Positions 60,320 to 64,000 of a DNA stretch of 64,000 bases are shown piece after piece (positions within the stretch are counted from its first letter, which is position 1; the number at the start of each line of letters is the position of its first letter). This DNA is from Paraspadella gotoi (Eukaryota > Animalia > Chaetognatha): assembly GCA_051294375.1 (NCBI GenBank), contig CM119270.1, forward strand, positions 9,859,530 through 9,923,529, written 5' to 3'. The position numbers and the translations under genes were made by a program. Below the pieces are notes generated by a model. The model was not told the origin of the DNA. It worked only from the letters and a program-made list of their open reading frames with translations, and searched no databases.

Positions 60320-63300
60320 ATGCAAGTGACTCACTTCCTGATCTTCTTCTCTTTTCTTCTCTTATATCTTTGGTTTCGACGAAAGAATCGGTCAAAATGC
60401 GACGTTCCCTTTGGAGACCGTGGCCACTGGTTTTACGGAAATTTGACGATTCCGGTATGCAATGTATATGTCAATGGAACCTTCCCAAATAAAACTTCAT
60501 ACATTTAGAAAACTTTCAATGGACTAAAATTTTCTAAAATGACTAGAAGCAGTAGTATTTATTTTTTAGATATTTATTTATAAATGAAAATGGGAATGTC
60601 AAAATTTTTTTTAACATTTTTTATTTTTAAAATCAGATTTAGATAGCTTATAAAAGTTGTCTCCACAAAGTCTACAAAAAGCAAAATCATTATCATCATC
60701 ATCATCCGATGATGTTAGCAGTTTTTTTCTAATTTTCAATAATAAGTTATCAAAGTTGTAATTACATTTTTTGCTTAACATTTTGAACTGTATCAGAATC
60801 GATTAAAAAAAACTTTTTATACTATTTAGAAATATAATAATTTGAATTAGGGAATTACTCATGGTTCGAAACATTTTTGCAAAAAAATATTTTAACATAA
60901 TAATGAATACCGATAATGAATTTGTTTAATGCTGTTCCCATTAAAATTTGAATTTAGTCGGCTACCGCAAGTATATATGCGTCGATAACGAGGACCAATC
61001 TTGTTTTATTTTATATTAATTTTGGAGAAAAGCAAAGTATGTTTATTATTTTATTATTTGAAGCTTACGTGTTTCGACTATTTTTAGTATCTTTCAGTTT
61101 CTTTCTTACTTTTTTAATTTAAAATTTTTTTTATCTAATAAGATGTGATATTTGTCAGTTGTCACGACATTATAATTTTCGAAGATTCACTGTCATTCTC
61201 ACTATGCGTGAATGATGCATTGCGCTTAACCAATTAGATATTGCACTTTTTTTTTCAAATTTGTCGAGGAGACTCAGTTCACCACTATCGACGCAATTTT
61301 AAACCCCACCTCCCAAATTCTTTTCAGATCAAAGATTGGATGCCGCTTGCTCTAAAAATGAGGTCGAAATATGGACCTATTTTTAGATTTCAATTCGTCC
61401 CCTTCATGCAGTGGCGGAGTCTCATTTTCGTTAATGACGTAAAAATGATTAAAGAGTTACTCAATGACAAAAACTTCGCGGGTCGTGACCCTCCCGAGGA
61501 CGCGGGGATGATCATGATGACCCCCTCCAACAAAGGTGATGACGAAGAAATAGAAAGGAGATCAAATAAGTCTTCTTAGTCAATAGTCATCATCATCAGT
61601 TAATATATAAATAATATTTATTAAATATACTAATTCACGTCACTCGATGTTCAGGAATCGGTTTCCAGAGTTGGTCTCCCTCATGGAATAAGTTGCATCG
61701 TGTATCTCAATCAATTATGAATTCTTTTGGCATGGCAAAACTTTCTATGGAGAAAAAGGTAACAACATTCAATTAAAATAACTCCAACGCCTTTGTCGCC
61801 CAGGGTGTGGGCCATATCCCATACTGACTTAGTTATCGTAAGACCGACACAGAACGGCCTAAGATTTTAGTAAAGTTAGAATATTTAGGCTAACTTTTAT
61901 ATTCAAAAGTTAAGGGTGGTAGGCTCGCGGACCCGCAGGGTTTAAATTTTAAACTTTAAAAATAGCATTGAAGTTAATTCCCAAAATATGCAAAAAACTA
62001 AACAAGTTTGAGCAAACAATGTCGGATCTGCCCACGATCATTATCGGTAATTAAATAATTAATAATTAATTAATAATAATAAATAATAATTAATTCAAGT
62101 TAATTAATTAATTAGTCAATTAATTAACTTGATCCAAAATGTTTGTTTTGATTGATTAATTGACTGATTAATTAATAATTGATTAATTAATTGACTAATT
62201 GATTAATTAACTGATTAATTATTTGATTAATTTATACATCTTTATAAATCTTATAAAGAAGAAAAAGAAGAATAATCAATTAGTGAAACAGGTTTTTTTT
62301 CCCCATTTAAACTCATTTCCACTCAAACGATTCCAACGAAACTTAATTTCCAGCTTAATCACACACTTTCCAACCCACATACAAAATTTCAGGACAATTG
62401 CCCCATCCAATTGGTGTTCAAATAATAAATTTAATTTCCAGCTTAATCACACACTTTCCAACCCACATACAAAATTTCAGGACAATTGCCCCATCCAATT
62501 GGTGTTCAAATAATAAAATGTTTTTTTTTTTCCATTTAAACTCATTTTCACTCGGACGATTCCATCGAAACTTCATATCCCGTTCAATCACACACTTCCC
62601 TCACCACGTACAAAATTTAATTCTACTCCATCCATCCAATAATGAGTTATTGGTATTTTTTGTTAAGATGGGACAGACGAACAGACATCTTTTTTTTTTT
62701 GTTTTTTTTTGCATAATTTATCATAATTCGATGTTCTGACATGAAATAAGTGAATGCCCAACAAGATTGGGGGGTCGGACCGACGGACCGACAAAGTGAA
62801 TTATAGAGTCGGGACCTGCTTATAAGCAGATCCGACTAAAAAAAAACATGACCTACCGGTCGACTAAAGAAAAACTTTACCCGCCCCCCAACTCTCCTCA
62901 CCCTTCGTTAGATCCTTCAAGAAGCGGACGCACTCGTCGACGACATGCTGAAGACGGAAGGGCCCTTCAGTCCCTTCGACGTCATTCAAGTCGCCGTCGC
63001 CAACGTCATGACTATTTTGATCTTCAACGAGAGAAGCGAGATTCGCGGTTTATCACGGATTCACGAAGACATTTCCACTATCGGGGAAGGATTTTTAAGC
63101 TTAGCCGCTTCTCCCGTTTACATCTTTTATCCCGGGTAAAAAATATTTTGGGATAAGTAAGTAAGTGTTAAAAGTAAGTGTTAGTAAGTAAGTATGCCTG
63201 TGAGGATTCAAGATTATTACCGACGAGCTTTGCGGAAGTGCTCGGATCCTCACTGGCCTGCCTATCACCACAGGTGTGTCGTTGTCACGCTTTGCCATTG

Positions 63301-63899
63301 AAGCAGTGAGCGGTGGAATCGTAACCGAGACGCACGACCGAGATGATTCGATAGCCTGCTCGGCCATTCGGAGCAGGGCGAAGGCAGTTCTAGAGTAATA
63401 CAAATATCAGTCAAATTCATTTGGTCAGTTGGAAGAAGAAAAATTGGCGCAAACAATTAAACTTTAAACTTTACTCCGCGTAAACATTGACACCCCCCAT
63501 CAATTTTCCTTACCTATATAGTATTTTACATAACTTATAGTCATAATAGTTATATCGTCGATATTTTTAGATTGGTGCGCTGGTTTAGAACACCGACGGC
63601 CCAACGCGTCTACGAGGCCGACCAGTTCGTCAAAAACTACATCAAAGTCGCGATCCAAAGTCACGAGGAGACGTTGGACGCCGAAGACGTCCGCGACTTT
63701 ATTGACGGGTTCCTGCTCGAGCGTCGGAGAGACCCCGAGGCCGAGCATCTCTCCCTCGACAATCTCGTCGAGACCGTGCGCGACTTTTTCATGGCCGGGA
63801 CCGACACCACCGCCGCCGCCATCGACTTCACCATCGCTCATCTTCTACATCGACCGGACGTTTTGAAAAAACTCAGGGCCGAGATCGACGCGGTTCTGG
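60320..63899 (+). CDS. Cytochrome P450, CYP2-clan-like; 5' five exons, continues beyond the window
   Basis: Exons 60320-60454, 61328-61535, 61655-61758, 62912-63135 and 63571-63899 splice in frame. N-terminal anchor, KYGPIF, FAGR, FGM, RDFIDGFL and I-helix AGTDTT. Confidence 0.9.
62000..62840 (+). mobile_element. Apparently complete DINE-1/Helentron-associated-like element in a P450 intron
   Basis: 5' AACAAGTTTGAGCAAACAATGTCGGATCTGCC; 3' hairpin AGTCGGGACCTGCT-TATA-AGCAGATCCGACT sharing the subterminal repeat. The head motif also occurs at ~36010, 52436, 56137 and 57977. Confidence 0.7.
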
Positions 63900-64000
63900 G
63901 TGAATAATTAGAGTGGAAAAAAAATATTTTGTGGCAAATAAATAATAAATAATTATTAATTTCGTTTTCGTCAACCTGGAGGCCATTCTAGGTTTTCTCT

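Noticed and set aside
61061-61100. Hammerhead ribozyme-like motif (minus strand CTGAAAGA...GTCGAAACACGTA)
   Set aside because: The core has an indel and stem I does not pair; at best a decayed Penelope-type motif.

Overview
Eukaryotic, animal-like, repeat-rich draft sequence with N gaps and long-read-type indel noise; the organism cannot be identified from the window. The main feature is a young-looking ~14.1 kb BEL/Pao LTR retrotransposon (5187-19285, minus strand). Its gag and pol are in frame and separated by one UGA in a UGA-CUAG context followed by a 12-bp stem, which looks like a stop-readthrough signal. In the ~6 kb where env usually sits it carries a tandem cassette of about 10 non-env accessory ORFs. 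Most are preceded by 3' splice acceptors, one has two canonical mini-introns, and two appear to be paralogues. It abuts the 3' end of a divergent Ty3/Gypsy-like element that has an apparent pseudo-OTU domain between RNase H and integrase and extra ORFs 5' of gag. The rest holds a spliced minus-strand membrane-protein locus (possibly two ORFs on one transcript), the 5' five exons of a CYP2-clan P450, two short LTR-like units next to long tRNA-complementary tracts, DINE-1/Helentron-like repeats, tRNA-derived SINE-like repeats, a 1.5-kb inverted repeat pair and satellites. All calls were made by eye, with no database searches.
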